Source: Candidatus Poribacteria bacterium
GTDB taxonomy: Bacteria > Poribacteria > WGA-4E > WGA-3G
Assembly (NCBI GenBank): GCA_022820835.1
Contig: JAJEET010000134.1
Coordinates: forward strand, 45-64,044
Direction: 5' to 3'
DNA length: 64,000 nucleotides
Shown here: piece by piece, positions 38,354-48,629 of the stretch
Position numbering within the stretch: position 1 is the first letter of the stretch
How the letters are laid out: every line of letters starts with the position of its first letter
Program-made: the position numbers and the translations under genes
Notes under the pieces: generated by a model
The model's database searches: none
What the model was told of the DNA's origin: nothing
Seen by the model: only the letters and a program-made list of their open reading frames with translations

Positions 38354-41300
38354 TTATCCGTCGGAATGCTGTTTGATAACAACAATCGTAAGATCGTCAT
38401 ACTGCTCCGCGTCGCCGACGAATTCATAGACATCATTGACAATGTGCTGGATAGTCTCGTCTGCACTGTAATTATCAGGCATCCGAGCGACTAGTTGCTT
38501 AAAACGTTCCGTCCCGTACATCTCTCCTTCTGTGTTGAGTGCCTCAATAAGTCCATCGGTATGAAAGATCAACGTATCACCACCACTTAACTCAATAGTG
38601 CTGGACTCATAGACGACTCTTTTCATACTACCGAGCGGAAGATCACTATTTTCTATCTCAATGACTTCCTCGCCTCGTTTGAGGATAGGATAAGGTTGTC
38701 CTCCGTTAGCATAGTTGATCTTTTTATTTTTTTTATCGAGGATCGCCAAGTTAAGTGCGATGAAACTGGGGCCATACATCCGCGGTGCTAATCCAGCGTT
38801 GAGATCACTTAAGATGACAGCGGCTTCGGATTTGTAACGCGAGACTTCATACAACATCCCGTTTGTCAACACGGCATTCATCGCGCCCCGTAAACCTTTC
38901 CCTGCAGCATCAGCCACAGCGATTGCGGTCAGCCCGTTCTCTACAGTCAGGTAATCGTAGAAGTCTCCCCCGACCTGTGTCGCCGGAACAGACATCCCTG
39001 CGACTTCAAACCCCTCAATGTCCGGTGCCTCCGTCGGCAGCAGCCCCATCTGAATATTCTGTGCTTCGCTCAACTCTGCACGGATACGCTGCATTTCGGT
39101 TTCTTCTTTCTCTCGCATCTCATTACGCAACTGGATCGTGTGTCGGCGGTTGAGTATCAAACGCCCCACCAGTGCGAATACAACAGTAATGAAGATGAAG
39201 GTCGGTAAATACGTCCGCCAGCGTGTCCAGAGGGGTGGCGGTATATTAAAGTCCACAATTGCCGGCGGTGCGGTGTAGTGCCACCCTTTTCGGAACGCCT
39301 TAACGAGAAAAGTATAGTGTCCTGCCTTAAGTCCGGCGTATCGGATACGCAGAATACCGTTTTGGTTCTGGAGTTCCTGTGTAACCCCGCTATTGTTGAG
39401 GGTCTGTTGATTCGTTGCAATAGTGCCAGCAAACGGTGTCCATTCGTCTGATCGTGTGGTGGAAACGACGGGCAGTTTCGCGAAGTCCTCTGCTGAGACG
39501 TTCATCCACGTCGGTGTGTCCAACCCTATCAATTTAAATTGAAAAGAGAGACCTTCTCGCAGCGAGCTGAGTCCTCGGATATTGAAAGTTTTAGCCCCGC
39601 GTGCGGGTAAAACTAAACTCGATGAAAAATCGCTGTAAGGTTTATCCGCCTCCAAACTGATTATTCTGCACTCCGGTAGTCCACCCCTCGCTGGTGTATA
39701 TTGCGTAACACCGCCTTCAGTTGCAAACCAGATGTCTTTCTCAGAAGATTCAAGGATTTTTGAGATGTTATTGTGTGCCCATCCGTTTTTCGTCGTTCGA
39801 CTGTGGAAAGTTTCACCATCATATCGGACAGCCCCGCCACCTCTTGTTGCAAACCATATATTTCCGCGGCTGTCCTCTATGACATCGCGGACATTATCCA
39901 CAAGAAATCCATCTTCTTTTCTCGTATAAGTTCTGAGCCTTTTCCCGTCGTATCGAACTGCACCGTGGGATGTCGCTAACCAGAGAACACCATCTCTCGA
40001 AATCACAGAAGCATTTACAGTATCGATTGGAGCAATAGGATCAACAGTTCTGAGCATTTTTCCGTGGTAAGTCCTAAGCGCATCAGAAAAGACAAAAGTG
40101 ATTCTGTCGATCTGACTGGCAGGTTCTTGCCAGACTGCGAGTGGTGCGGTACTTGATTCTCCATCAAGGATAATTGGTTTACCAGATTCGATGTCGCTCC
40201 AGCGTATCAACTTTCCTGTCATCGCGTTGAAATACCATTTATCATTAGGTGTTGATTTTACGAGGTGAGTTGCTCTGAGGCGCAGCAGGTCCGGCGGGAT
40301 AGAACGTGTCGTAGACGATGCCAGATTGATATCCTTGGGATAGCGTTTTACGCTCCCATTGGCGAAATGCGCCCATAACCTATCGCCTGAATCTCTATAT
40401 AAATCTGTTATCGGGACTGGTCCTGGGTCTATTTGAAGCGTAGAGGTTCCGCTATCTATTTCAGAGGATTTTTGAAATGGGATTCTTTGTGTACGACTAT
40501 CTGTAACCCACAAAAGCCCCATGGTGTCCGCTTTAAAAAGATGTCCGCCAAAAGCCATCCAAACATATTCGCCTTCGCTAAGAAGTACCCCCGGGTCGCT
40601 ATCTGACCTGTCGCCACCGGGACCGATTTTTGTGCGGACAGAAATAGAGATTTGGGGACCGTAGCTCCCATTTACATAGCGGAAGAATGTGTATCGGGTT
40701 GAAGAGCCCTGGGATATCGGTTCATTGATAAACCAGATGTCGCTGCCGACTTCAAATATTTTCACGATTTCTGACTGAGACCGGCGGTTCACATTCGGTT
40801 CGCCAGCAGACTCGTTTTTCCCATAATTTATCCTGAATGAGGCAGTTGTGATCTCATCTATCTTTGCATCATAACGCGCGACGGCACCTGGAACACTGAA
40901 CCATAGGTAGCCGCGACTGTCCTCATACATCGTTCGGACCCGACTGGTCCCGAGTTTCGCGTGTGTAATCACGGCAGGTGTCGGTTCAAGGATTGTCACC
41001 CCGTTGTTGTGTCCGAACCACAATTTACCGTCAACGGCTTCAAATATTGTTCGGATCTCATCGTTATCGAGTCTACTATTCGCGTTATCTAAAAGGAGTT
41101 TTAGGTCGGCATCATATTGATTGACACCCCGGTCTTCACTGATGAACCATAGATTGTTCCATTTGTCCTCAATTTCAAGGAATCCGTGTACGTCTTTCGG
41201 TGCCCGTAGGTTGGAACCATCCCAGCGTCTTGTTGGTCGGTCATCGCTAAACCACACGTCTCCATTCGTGTCAATTTTAATGGAAACCGGTCTTCTCAAT

Positions 41301-42262
41301 GTCGTTCCTTCTGAAGCCTTGCGTCCGGTGTAAGACCCCGTAGGAAGAATCTGTTGAAATTCTACGCCGTCAAAGCGGAGGAGGAGATTGTCGCCGCCAA
41401 ACCAGAGATTGCCGCTGAAATCTTCAACGATCGCCTCGACTGGGCTAACCACATTAAGACTGGACAGATCGTGTCGTGTAAACCCAGCATTTGGATGGAT
41501 ACGCGGTGCCCTGACTCCTGTTCCATCATCGGTACCGTCTCCTTCGTCAGGTGCCACGCTTCTCCAACGACTTCCACGAAAACTTAGGATAACACCATTC
41601 TTCGTATCTTCCCCTTCACTCCCCCCAAGCCAGAGCGTTCCATCTTCGCTTTCAAAGACGATCTTTATCGTTAAAGTTGTCGATCGAATGAGATCTTCGC
41701 CTATGATTTCGTGGGGCTGCGGCTGCGGTAGTTTTTCGACCCCAGGGGTAACATACTGCGTTAAGACATGATTTTCGCCCACCCATATATCACCGTGTTG
41801 ATCTGTGATAATAGAATTCCCAGTACCGACATAACTGACCGACTGACCATCAAACCGGCTAATTCTACCGGATTTCTCTGAAGGCACTCGCGTGAGAAAC
41901 CAGATGTGTCCCCATTTATCCTCAACGATTTGACGTGTCTGTCCGAGCAATGCCCCCGCTTCAACATCCTCATAAGTGTTCAGGGATCCGACATACGGTT
42001 TAAAAGTATTGTCATAAAATCGACTGACACCGCCGCTATCAGAACCGAACCAAAGTGCCCCTCGACTGTCTTGGAAAATCACGGGGACAATCGGACCTAC
42101 CAATCCGTCAGCAACGGTATAGGTCTGAACCTGTTCAGCCCTTACGCCACTGCAAACGAGGACCGCGCTAAAGACGATACTAACCGCTAATAGAAGCAGG
42201 TTTTTAGCCAGCGTTTGTATATGTTTGAAACTTCCTAAACAGAAATTAGTATATAATATCAT
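38354..42262 (-). CDS. Beta-propeller sensor with Y_Y_Y-like domain, TM helix and SpoIIE/PP2C phosphatase
   Basis: EDSRGxxWF repeats, VGGDFYD, VADAAGKG, TDGLIEA and YDDLT motifs. Confidence 0.9.
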   Translation of the reverse strand: MILYTNFCLGSFKHIQTLAKNLLLLAVSIVFSAVLVCSGVRAEQVQTYTVADGLVGPIVPVIFQDSRGALWFGSDSGGVSRFYDNTFKPYVGSLNTYEDVEAGALLGQTRQIVEDKWGHIWFLTRVPSEKSGRISRFDGQSVSYVGTGNSIITDQHGDIWVGENHVLTQYVTPGVEKLPQPQPHEIIGEDLIRSTTLTIKIVFESEDGTLWLGGSEGEDTKNGVILSFRGSRWRSVAPDEGDGTDDGTGVRAPRIHPNAGFTRHDLSSLNVVSPVEAIVEDFSGNLWFGGDNLLLRFDGVEFQQILPTGSYTGRKASEGTTLRRPVSIKIDTNGDVWFSDDRPTRRWDGSNLRAPKDVHGFLEIEDKWNNLWFISEDRGVNQYDADLKLLLDNANSRLDNDEIRTIFEAVDGKLWFGHNNGVTILEPTPAVITHAKLGTSRVRTMYEDSRGYLWFSVPGAVARYDAKIDEITTASFRINYGKNESAGEPNVNRRSQSEIVKIFEVGSDIWFINEPISQGSSTRYTFFRYVNGSYGPQISISVRTKIGPGGDRSDSDPGVLLSEGEYVWMAFGGHLFKADTMGLLWVTDSRTQRIPFQKSSEIDSGTSTLQIDPGPVPITDLYRDSGDRLWAHFANGSVKRYPKDINLASSTTRSIPPDLLRLRATHLVKSTPNDKWYFNAMTGKLIRWSDIESGKPIILDGESSTAPLAVWQEPASQIDRITFVFSDALRTYHGKMLRTVDPIAPIDTVNASVISRDGVLWLATSHGAVRYDGKRLRTYTRKEDGFLVDNVRDVIEDSRGNIWFATRGGGAVRYDGETFHSRTTKNGWAHNNISKILESSEKDIWFATEGGVTQYTPARGGLPECRIISLEADKPYSDFSSSLVLPARGAKTFNIRGLSSLREGLSFQFKLIGLDTPTWMNVSAEDFAKLPVVSTTRSDEWTPFAGTIATNQQTLNNSGVTQELQNQNGILRIRYAGLKAGHYTFLVKAFRKGWHYTAPPAIVDFNIPPPLWTRWRTYLPTFIFITVVFALVGRLILNRRHTIQLRNEMREKEETEMQRIRAELSEAQNIQMGLLPTEAPDIEGFEVAGMSVPATQVGGDFYDYLTVENGLTAIAVADAAGKGLRGAMNAVLTNGMLYEVSRYKSEAAVILSDLNAGLAPRMYGPSFIALNLAILDKKNKKINYANGGQPYPILKRGEEVIEIENSDLPLGSMKRVVYESSTIELSGGDTLIFHTDGLIEALNTEGEMYGTERFKQLVARMPDNYSADETIQHIVNDVYEFVGDAEQYDDLTIVVIKQHSDG

Positions 42263-42419
42263 AAGCGTTACCGACCAAAGAGGTTATCAGTCGTTATTAG
42301 TACTCAGCACTCAGTTTTCGGTTAAGGGGACTCTTGTAACTGATAACTGGCAACCCTCCCTCTGACAACTGAAAGATTTTTTTTCCCAGAAAAAAATCGT
42401 ACTGACGACTAACAACTAT

Positions 42420-43595
42420 TTAACGCGCAAAATCACGGAGTCGTGAAATTGCTTCACTAATTACTTCGTCAGGGTAAGTAAGTGAGATTCGGTAGTACCC
42501 TTCGCTCCACTGCCCGTATCCGAGTCCGGGTGTCACAACCACGCCGACTTCTTCAAGGAGAGCCGTTGCGAAAGCACGACTTGAACCGTTGAAACGCGGT
42601 GGCACCGGTGCCCAGACATATATCGTCGCCTTCGGTTTTTCTATCTCCCATCCGCTTTCTGTCAAGGCATCTACGACAACATCACGCCGTTTCTGGTAAA
42701 CAGTGTTTATTGCGGGTGTGACTTCCTCTGCGATTGAAAGTGCCTTTGCCCCGGCGAACTGAAGTGCGCGGAGTGAACCGTTATCAATGTTGTCTTTAAC
42801 CATTTTGACGGCACTCACAGCCGTCGGATGGCCGACAACAAACCCTAATCGCCAGCCAGTCATATTAAACGCTTTACTCAATGAGAAGAATTCGACAGCC
42901 ACCTCAGCAGCACCATCAACCTGTAAAATGCTAGGAGAACGGTAGCCGTCGTACGTGTTTTCACTATACGCGTTGTCGTGTGCGATTAAGATGTTATTTT
43001 GTCTTCCAAATTCCACTGCCCGTTCAAAGAAATCGAGATCAGCAGTCGCAGTTGTCGGGTTGTTTGGATAGTTGATCCAGAGGACTTTGGCGAGGCGTTT
43101 GATCTCATCAGGAATCGCATCAAAGTCGACGTAAAAATTGTTTTCTCGCAGAATCGGTGCATAGTATGTCGTCGCACTCGCAAAAACGTGTCCGATGTTA
43201 TATGTGGGATAGCCTGGACTTGCAGCAATGCCGATATCACCAGGGTTGAGGATTCCGAGTGATAGTTTGACGATCGCATCCTTGCTGCCGAGTGTCGTAG
43301 CGACTTGATCTTCGGCAAGCGTAACACCGTAACGATCTCGATAGAAATCGAGGACTGCTTGCGGAAAATCCTCAACAGGGATGTCGCATCCGTAGCGATG
43401 TCGGTTGATATCCTCAGGATTCTGGATCGCCTGCACGAGTGATTCAACGACTGGGTCAGGGGTCGGGAAATCGGGGTCGCCGATGCCGAGACTAATTACG
43501 TCAACGCCTCGCGCTTTCGCCGCCTGCATCTTTTGTCGCAAATCTACAAAGAGATAGGGTGGAAGTTTTTGTAACCGTTCCGAAAATGAAATCAA
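42420..43595 (-). CDS. dapL: LL-diaminopimelate aminotransferase-like class I/II aminotransferase
   Basis: LGIGDPD, NYPNNPT, HDNAY and SLSKAFNMTGWRLG motifs. Lies near dapB. Confidence 0.78.
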   Translation of the reverse strand: MISFSERLQKLPPYLFVDLRQKMQAAKARGVDVISLGIGDPDFPTPDPVVESLVQAIQNPEDINRHRYGCDIPVEDFPQAVLDFYRDRYGVTLAEDQVATTLGSKDAIVKLSLGILNPGDIGIAASPGYPTYNIGHVFASATTYYAPILRENNFYVDFDAIPDEIKRLAKVLWINYPNNPTTATADLDFFERAVEFGRQNNILIAHDNAYSENTYDGYRSPSILQVDGAAEVAVEFFSLSKAFNMTGWRLGFVVGHPTAVSAVKMVKDNIDNGSLRALQFAGAKALSIAEEVTPAINTVYQKRRDVVVDALTESGWEIEKPKATIYVWAPVPPRFNGSSRAFATALLEEVGVVVTPGLGYGQWSEGYYRISLTYPDEVISEAISRLRDFAR

Positions 43596-43716
43596 AATTT
43601 TCTCCCTTTATAACTATCAATTATCAATCACATTAACGTTCTCAGTGAACAGGCTAACAGCCTATTCTACAAAAACGCGTGTTACTGAAAACTGTTAACT
43701 GAAGACTGTTAACTAC

Positions 43717-44460
43717 TTACTTCAGGTGAAGGATTGATTGCTGTGTTTCAGTGAGTCCTTCCATAACGTTTGGACTAAAATGCAAACCCTGACCACCCCA
43801 ATCCGGCATATAACCGGTACTGTAGCAGTAATAGAGTGTCCGTCTCGGTCTGCCGGAGGTGTTGATAACAGAACCGTGTGTCAACGCCTCGGTAAAGATA
43901 ATGGCATCGCCTGCTTTCGCTGGAATCGGTGTCAACACTGGATTCTCATCCGGGTGGCTTCCCCAGGGTTTCGGGAAATTGCTTTTGTGTGCTCCGGGTA
44001 TAGCAGCGAAACATCCGTCTTCCACATCGCAATCCAACATTGGAAAAACAGCCTTTGTCAAGGTTGAAACCATCTGTCCATTTTTGCAGTGGTACTGGCA
44101 CTTCGGAATAATCGGGGTGCCGTGCATGTGCAGACCGGTATAGCCGCCGCCCCACCGATAAATTGTATAGGTGTGATTGAGTCGGTAAGGACCACCGGTC
44201 ACACCTTCAACCATGTCCAACACCTCTGGAATATCTATCAATGCGTTAAAGACACTATCTGCTTCCATGATATTGGAGATGTAGAGTTCTTTTTTAGTCC
44301 GCTCTGTTCCAAGACACAACGGTGATGGATAGTCTTCGGGAGGCATATTTTCGTACTGATCCAGCACAGCATTGCATGCCTTGACCACTTTTTTTGGAAT
44401 CACACCTTTCAGCACGATAAAACCCTGCAGGTCGAATAGATATTTTTGTTCGTCTGTCAT
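43717..44460 (-). CDS. Phytanoyl-CoA dioxygenase (PhyH) family Fe/2OG enzyme
   Basis: FDLQGFIVL, IPGAHK and GDAIIFTEALTHGS motifs. Confidence 0.85.
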   Translation of the reverse strand: MTDEQKYLFDLQGFIVLKGVIPKKVVKACNAVLDQYENMPPEDYPSPLCLGTERTKKELYISNIMEADSVFNALIDIPEVLDMVEGVTGGPYRLNHTYTIYRWGGGYTGLHMHGTPIIPKCQYHCKNGQMVSTLTKAVFPMLDCDVEDGCFAAIPGAHKSNFPKPWGSHPDENPVLTPIPAKAGDAIIFTEALTHGSVINTSGRPRRTLYYCYSTGYMPDWGGQGLHFSPNVMEGLTETQQSILHLK

Positions 44461-44488
44461 TTTTTTTACTGGAAGCCTCCGAATAAAT

Positions 44489-44600
44489 GTTATAGTAAAG
44501 TCCGAAAATAAGTTTACACTTCGCCCTGTGGTAGGGGAAACCGGGTAACGCAGCTCCTACGAGTTATCGTGTGGGCAAATAATTATGCGATTTACTATAA
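44489..44600. repeat. TTATAGTAAA-bounded inverted-repeat element
   Basis: Ends TTATAGTAAA and TTTACTATAA, with internal GTAGG...CCTAC. Confidence 0.6.
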
Positions 44601-44643
44601 GCACGAATTGATAGTTAACAGATTTAATAGTTCAAAATATCCG

Positions 44644-46683
44644 TTATGGAACAGCCTGATATGTGAGAATCGTTCCGTTTTGACCAACGATCCATCCACT
44701 GTCTGCCCGACTTACGTAGATCGCCTTCAGGTCTGTTTGGGTATCTGTCCATTGACGTCTCCAATTTTGTCCGCCGTCTTTCGTATGTAGGACCAACCCG
44801 CCTTTTCCAACGATCCAACCTTCTGTTTCGGAGATGAAAAACAGATCGTCAAGAAAATTTTGTGTATAACTTTCTTGGCGGAGCCAACTGTTTCCACGAT
44901 CCTCTGTGTGATATACCCGTCCATCAATACCGACAATCCATCCGAGGTTTGGTGAAACAAAGTAGACGGCATCAAGCCAGATGTTTCCGTTGTTATCCAA
45001 TTTTAAAAGTTGCCGACTCAGTTTTGAAGGTTTCCATGTTTCGCCACCATCAACTGTATGTAGGACCGTTGCGAAGAGACCGACTGCCCACCCTTCCTTT
45101 TTCGAGGTAAAATGGACATCAAAGAGATGCCAAGTTGTTCCGCTCTTCTGCTGCTGCCATGTCTTTCCGCCGTCCTTTGTGTGTATGATTTCACCGGCAG
45201 TACCGACGCACCATCCTGTTTTTTCATCCACAAAGAAGATGCCGAGCAGATCCTGTTGCGTCCCGGAAGTCTGGCGTTCCCACACAACGCCACCGTTTAT
45301 CGTGTGCAGAACGACACCGGCTTCAGCGACTGCCCACCCTGTTCGCGCTGATACAAAGTGTGTAGCACCGAAGCACTCCGTCGTACGACTATCTTGTGCG
45401 TTCCATACGACACCACCATCCTCAGTTCGCAGGATAGCCCCTCGGTCCCCGACAACATATCCTTCTTCAGGCGAAACAGCACAGACCCCTACCAAAAGAT
45501 GACTCGGACTCGATTGTGATTCCCACGTCACACCGCCGTTGCGGGTGTGAAAGATCGTGCCGTTCTCACCAACGACCCAGCCGAGTTGTTTAGAGATAAA
45601 ATCAACACCGAGCAGGACGGCATCTGCACTGTTATGAAAACGTGGGCCGCCGCGTTGATGTTTCCATTTTCCTTTTCCACCGGACGACGTATGGAGAATC
45701 ACCCCCAAATCGCCGACAATCCAACCGTTCTGATCATCTGTGAACGCAACATCGTAGAGCGTAAAGGTGTGCAACGGCTCATTGCCGAGATATTCCGGTT
45801 GTCCGTAACTGGTTTTATGGCGTTGGTTGCTTCCATCTGTTACGAATTGCCATGTCTCGCCACCATCGGATGTCTGGAAGACACTCCGCCGATCCCCTAC
45901 AACCCAGCCAGTCTGATTGTCAATGAAACAGACACTGAAGAGTGCGGCTTTTGTAGCGAATTGTTCCCTCCATGTAACACCGCCATCGGTCGTCCGATAG
46001 ATATAACCCGCGTTTTCCTGTGTTGTTGATGTCGGTGTATTATAGGTGACGATCCATCCGTGGGTTTCATTTACAAAATGTATACCTTTCAAGGACTTAC
46101 GACCAAATACACTTCCGTCAATCTCGGTAAATGTTTTTCCGCCATCGGTTGTCTTGAGGAGTGTACCCCAATCTCCGACGATCCAACCTATACCGCTGAA
46201 AATAAAAAGGTCATTGAGGCTGCTCTTTGTGGACGTTTCAATCGACTGCCACGTTTTCCCGCCGTCGGAAGTGCGAATAAGTACACCTTCCTCACCGATA
46301 GCCCAACCTTCCAATGCTGAGCGGAAATAGACTTTTCGTAGCGGTTTACCAAAAATACCACTGTTCTGTCGGTGCCAGGTGTTTCCACCATCGTTTGTAA
46401 GAATAATGAGGCTCTCTCCACCTTCTCCGATGTCGTGTTCTGGTGTTACCTCAACCGAATTACCGACTGCCCAACCTTGTGTTTCAGAGATGAAATGTAC
46501 GTCATAAAGGTGAGAACTCCAATCCCCCTCCATGACGGTTTTCCACTCGTAGTGGACCTGTTTTTTAGAGGTTGTATCCTCGCAACCCGTCATAAATAAG
46601 ATCGTGATTAGCACAACGATAGATACGAGACTGACTGGCACAACGTACTTAGGGTTGCTTTTGAAAAAGGACTTCGCTGACAT
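44644..46683 (-). CDS. YCF48/BNR (Asp-box) repeat beta-propeller lipoprotein
   Basis: More than 10 TxDGGxTW repeats and lipobox FMTGC. Start uncertain: ATG 46683 overlaps dapB. Confidence 0.85.
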   Translation of the reverse strand: MSAKSFFKSNPKYVVPVSLVSIVVLITILFMTGCEDTTSKKQVHYEWKTVMEGDWSSHLYDVHFISETQGWAVGNSVEVTPEHDIGEGGESLIILTNDGGNTWHRQNSGIFGKPLRKVYFRSALEGWAIGEEGVLIRTSDGGKTWQSIETSTKSSLNDLFIFSGIGWIVGDWGTLLKTTDGGKTFTEIDGSVFGRKSLKGIHFVNETHGWIVTYNTPTSTTQENAGYIYRTTDGGVTWREQFATKAALFSVCFIDNQTGWVVGDRRSVFQTSDGGETWQFVTDGSNQRHKTSYGQPEYLGNEPLHTFTLYDVAFTDDQNGWIVGDLGVILHTSSGGKGKWKHQRGGPRFHNSADAVLLGVDFISKQLGWVVGENGTIFHTRNGGVTWESQSSPSHLLVGVCAVSPEEGYVVGDRGAILRTEDGGVVWNAQDSRTTECFGATHFVSARTGWAVAEAGVVLHTINGGVVWERQTSGTQQDLLGIFFVDEKTGWCVGTAGEIIHTKDGGKTWQQQKSGTTWHLFDVHFTSKKEGWAVGLFATVLHTVDGGETWKPSKLSRQLLKLDNNGNIWLDAVYFVSPNLGWIVGIDGRVYHTEDRGNSWLRQESYTQNFLDDLFFISETEGWIVGKGGLVLHTKDGGQNWRRQWTDTQTDLKAIYVSRADSGWIVGQNGTILTYQAVP

Positions 46684-47458
46684 CGTGCAATCCTTTGGGG
46701 GCATCAATGATCCATCTCGCTGCGCGAATCGCGCCTTTGGCAAACGCTTCTGGGCTATGGGCGCGATGGACGACACTGAGTTGTTCTCCCTTGGTTGCAA
46801 ACATTACCGTATGATCGCCTGCAATATCGCCGCCTCGCACCGCATGAATACCGATCTGCTTCTTCGGTCTCGCGCCGACAATGCCGTGTCTACCGTAAAT
46901 GCCTGCCTCGTCTAAATCTCGTCCAAGTGCTGTAGCGACCGTCTCCGCTAATCGGAGCGCGGTCCCACTCGGCGAATCTGCTTTATGATTGTGATGTGCT
47001 TCTATCACTTCAATATTATAATCATCTCCAAGGGTTTTGGCAATTAAATTGAGTACTTGAATCATCACATTCACACTGAGGCTCATATTCGGTGCCATCA
47101 CGCAGCGAATTTGGGATGCAAGTTCCTTGACAGTCGCAAGCTCATCAGAATCGAACCCAGTTGTTCCGATCACTATGGCTTTATCCGTATTGACAACTTG
47201 TTGAAGATACCCGACAGCGGCTTCAGGCTTTGAAAACTCAATGAGAACATCCGCATCTTCAAGGACATCGTCAAGTTCGCCTGCGATAGCTACACCGATG
47301 TCACCAATCCCTGCGACGACACCGGCATCACTCCCGATGTGTGGGTGCAATGGATATTGGATAGCCCCCACGAGTTGCATATCAGCTTGTTGATCAATAC
47401 AACGCGTGAGACATTTTCCCATACGGCCACAAACACCAGTGATAACAACACCGATCAT
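46649..47458 (-). CDS. dapB: 4-hydroxy-tetrahydrodipicolinate reductase (copy 2)
   Basis: GxCGRMG, GTTG and EAHHNHKADSPSGTA motifs. Confidence 0.95.
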   Translation of the reverse strand: MIGVVITGVCGRMGKCLTRCIDQQADMQLVGAIQYPLHPHIGSDAGVVAGIGDIGVAIAGELDDVLEDADVLIEFSKPEAAVGYLQQVVNTDKAIVIGTTGFDSDELATVKELASQIRCVMAPNMSLSVNVMIQVLNLIAKTLGDDYNIEVIEAHHNHKADSPSGTALRLAETVATALGRDLDEAGIYGRHGIVGARPKKQIGIHAVRGGDIAGDHTVMFATKGEQLSVVHRAHSPEAFAKGAIRAARWIIDAPKGLHDVSEVLFQKQP

Positions 47459-47476
47459 CAGAATTCCTCATAGCAA

Positions 47477-48280
47477 CTACTTTTGAAAAAGGACTTCGCT
47501 AACATCGTGCAATCCTTTGGGGGCATCAATGATCCATCTCGCTGCGCGAATCGCGCCTTTGGCAAACGCTTCGGGGCTATGGGCGCGATGGACGACACTG
47601 AGTTGCTCCCCCTCGGTTGCAAACATTACCGTATGATCACCGGCAATATCGCCACCTCGCACCGCATGGATGCCGATCTGTCCCTTCGGTCTTGCACCCA
47701 CAATGCCGTGGCGACCGTAAACACCAACTTCATCCAAGTCGCGATCTAATGCCGCAGCGACGGTTTCCGCTAAACGGAGTGCGGTTCCGCTCGGTGAATC
47801 GGCTTTGTGATTATGATGTGCCTCTATGACCTCAATATCATAGTCGTCTCCGAGTGCCTTAGCGATGAGTTCAAGTGCTTGGATCATCACGTTCACACCG
47901 AGACTCATATTCGGTGCCATCACACAGCGGATTTGAGAGGCGAGTTCCTTGACCGTCGCGAGTTCATCAGCGTTAAACCCAGTTGTCGCAATTATCATCG
48001 CTTTATCTGCATCAACAACCTGCTTCAGGTGCTGTACGGTTACTTCGGGTTTTGAAAACTCGATGACAACGTCGGCATCTCCAAGCACGTCTTCAAGTGC
48101 ACCTGTAATAGGGACACCGATCTCTCCAACCCCTGCGACGACACCTGCATCACTGCCGATTTGTGGGTGTTCGGGGTATTCAATCGCGCCAACTATTTCC
48201 ATGTCAGCCTGTTGTGTCACACCTTGAATGATGAGTCGTCCCATACGACCACATGCCCCATTAATAATTATACGGATCAT
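47477..48280 (-). CDS. dapB: 4-hydroxy-tetrahydrodipicolinate reductase (copy 1)
   Basis: GACGRMG and EAHHNHKADSPSGTA motifs. Start moved to ATG 48280. Confidence 0.95.
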   Translation of the reverse strand: MIRIIINGACGRMGRLIIQGVTQQADMEIVGAIEYPEHPQIGSDAGVVAGVGEIGVPITGALEDVLGDADVVIEFSKPEVTVQHLKQVVDADKAMIIATTGFNADELATVKELASQIRCVMAPNMSLGVNVMIQALELIAKALGDDYDIEVIEAHHNHKADSPSGTALRLAETVAAALDRDLDEVGVYGRHGIVGARPKGQIGIHAVRGGDIAGDHTVMFATEGEQLSVVHRAHSPEAFAKGAIRAARWIIDAPKGLHDVSEVLFQK

Positions 48281-48364
48281 TGACTTTCCTCGGTAAAGAC
48301 AGGTGCACACCTAACATGCACATCTATGATAAAGAGATACCTAATCTGTTATGAATTCGCTATC

Positions 48365-48526
48365 TATAACGCAAGTTGCCACCTATTTACTCACATAGCA
48401 CTCCGCTGGAGTGCAAGAGGTTAAACACACGATTTTCTATAGACATACCACCCCTCTGGGGTGAAGAAAGGTCCTAAAAAGGGTTCTTCAAGCATGCAAA
48501 ACCCATTAGTAACAACTCGGGTTATA
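48365..48526. repeat. TATAACxCxAGTTG-bounded inverted-repeat element with two internal hairpins
   Basis: Ends TATAACGCAAGTTG and CAACTCGGGTTATA. Inner hairpins GCACTCCGCTGGAGTGC and CACCCCTCTGGGGTG. Confidence 0.65.
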
Positions 48527-48629
48527 AAACAGTAGTTTAGCAAAAATCAGGTTTTATGTAAACAGCGAAAATTTTCGGTCAGAAATCGTAATCCTGAAGG
48601 GTGTCCAAATCCTAAAATGGACACTTCTG

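Noticed and set aside
46684-46800. N-terminal extension of the YCF48-like ORF
   Set aside because: It lies wholly within dapB in another frame, and the lipoprotein signal begins downstream.
47458-47505. 15-codon ORF whose stop overlaps the dapB copy 2 start
   Set aside because: It is best explained as a by-product of the duplicated dapB 3' end, and dapB copy 2 has its own GAGG SD.
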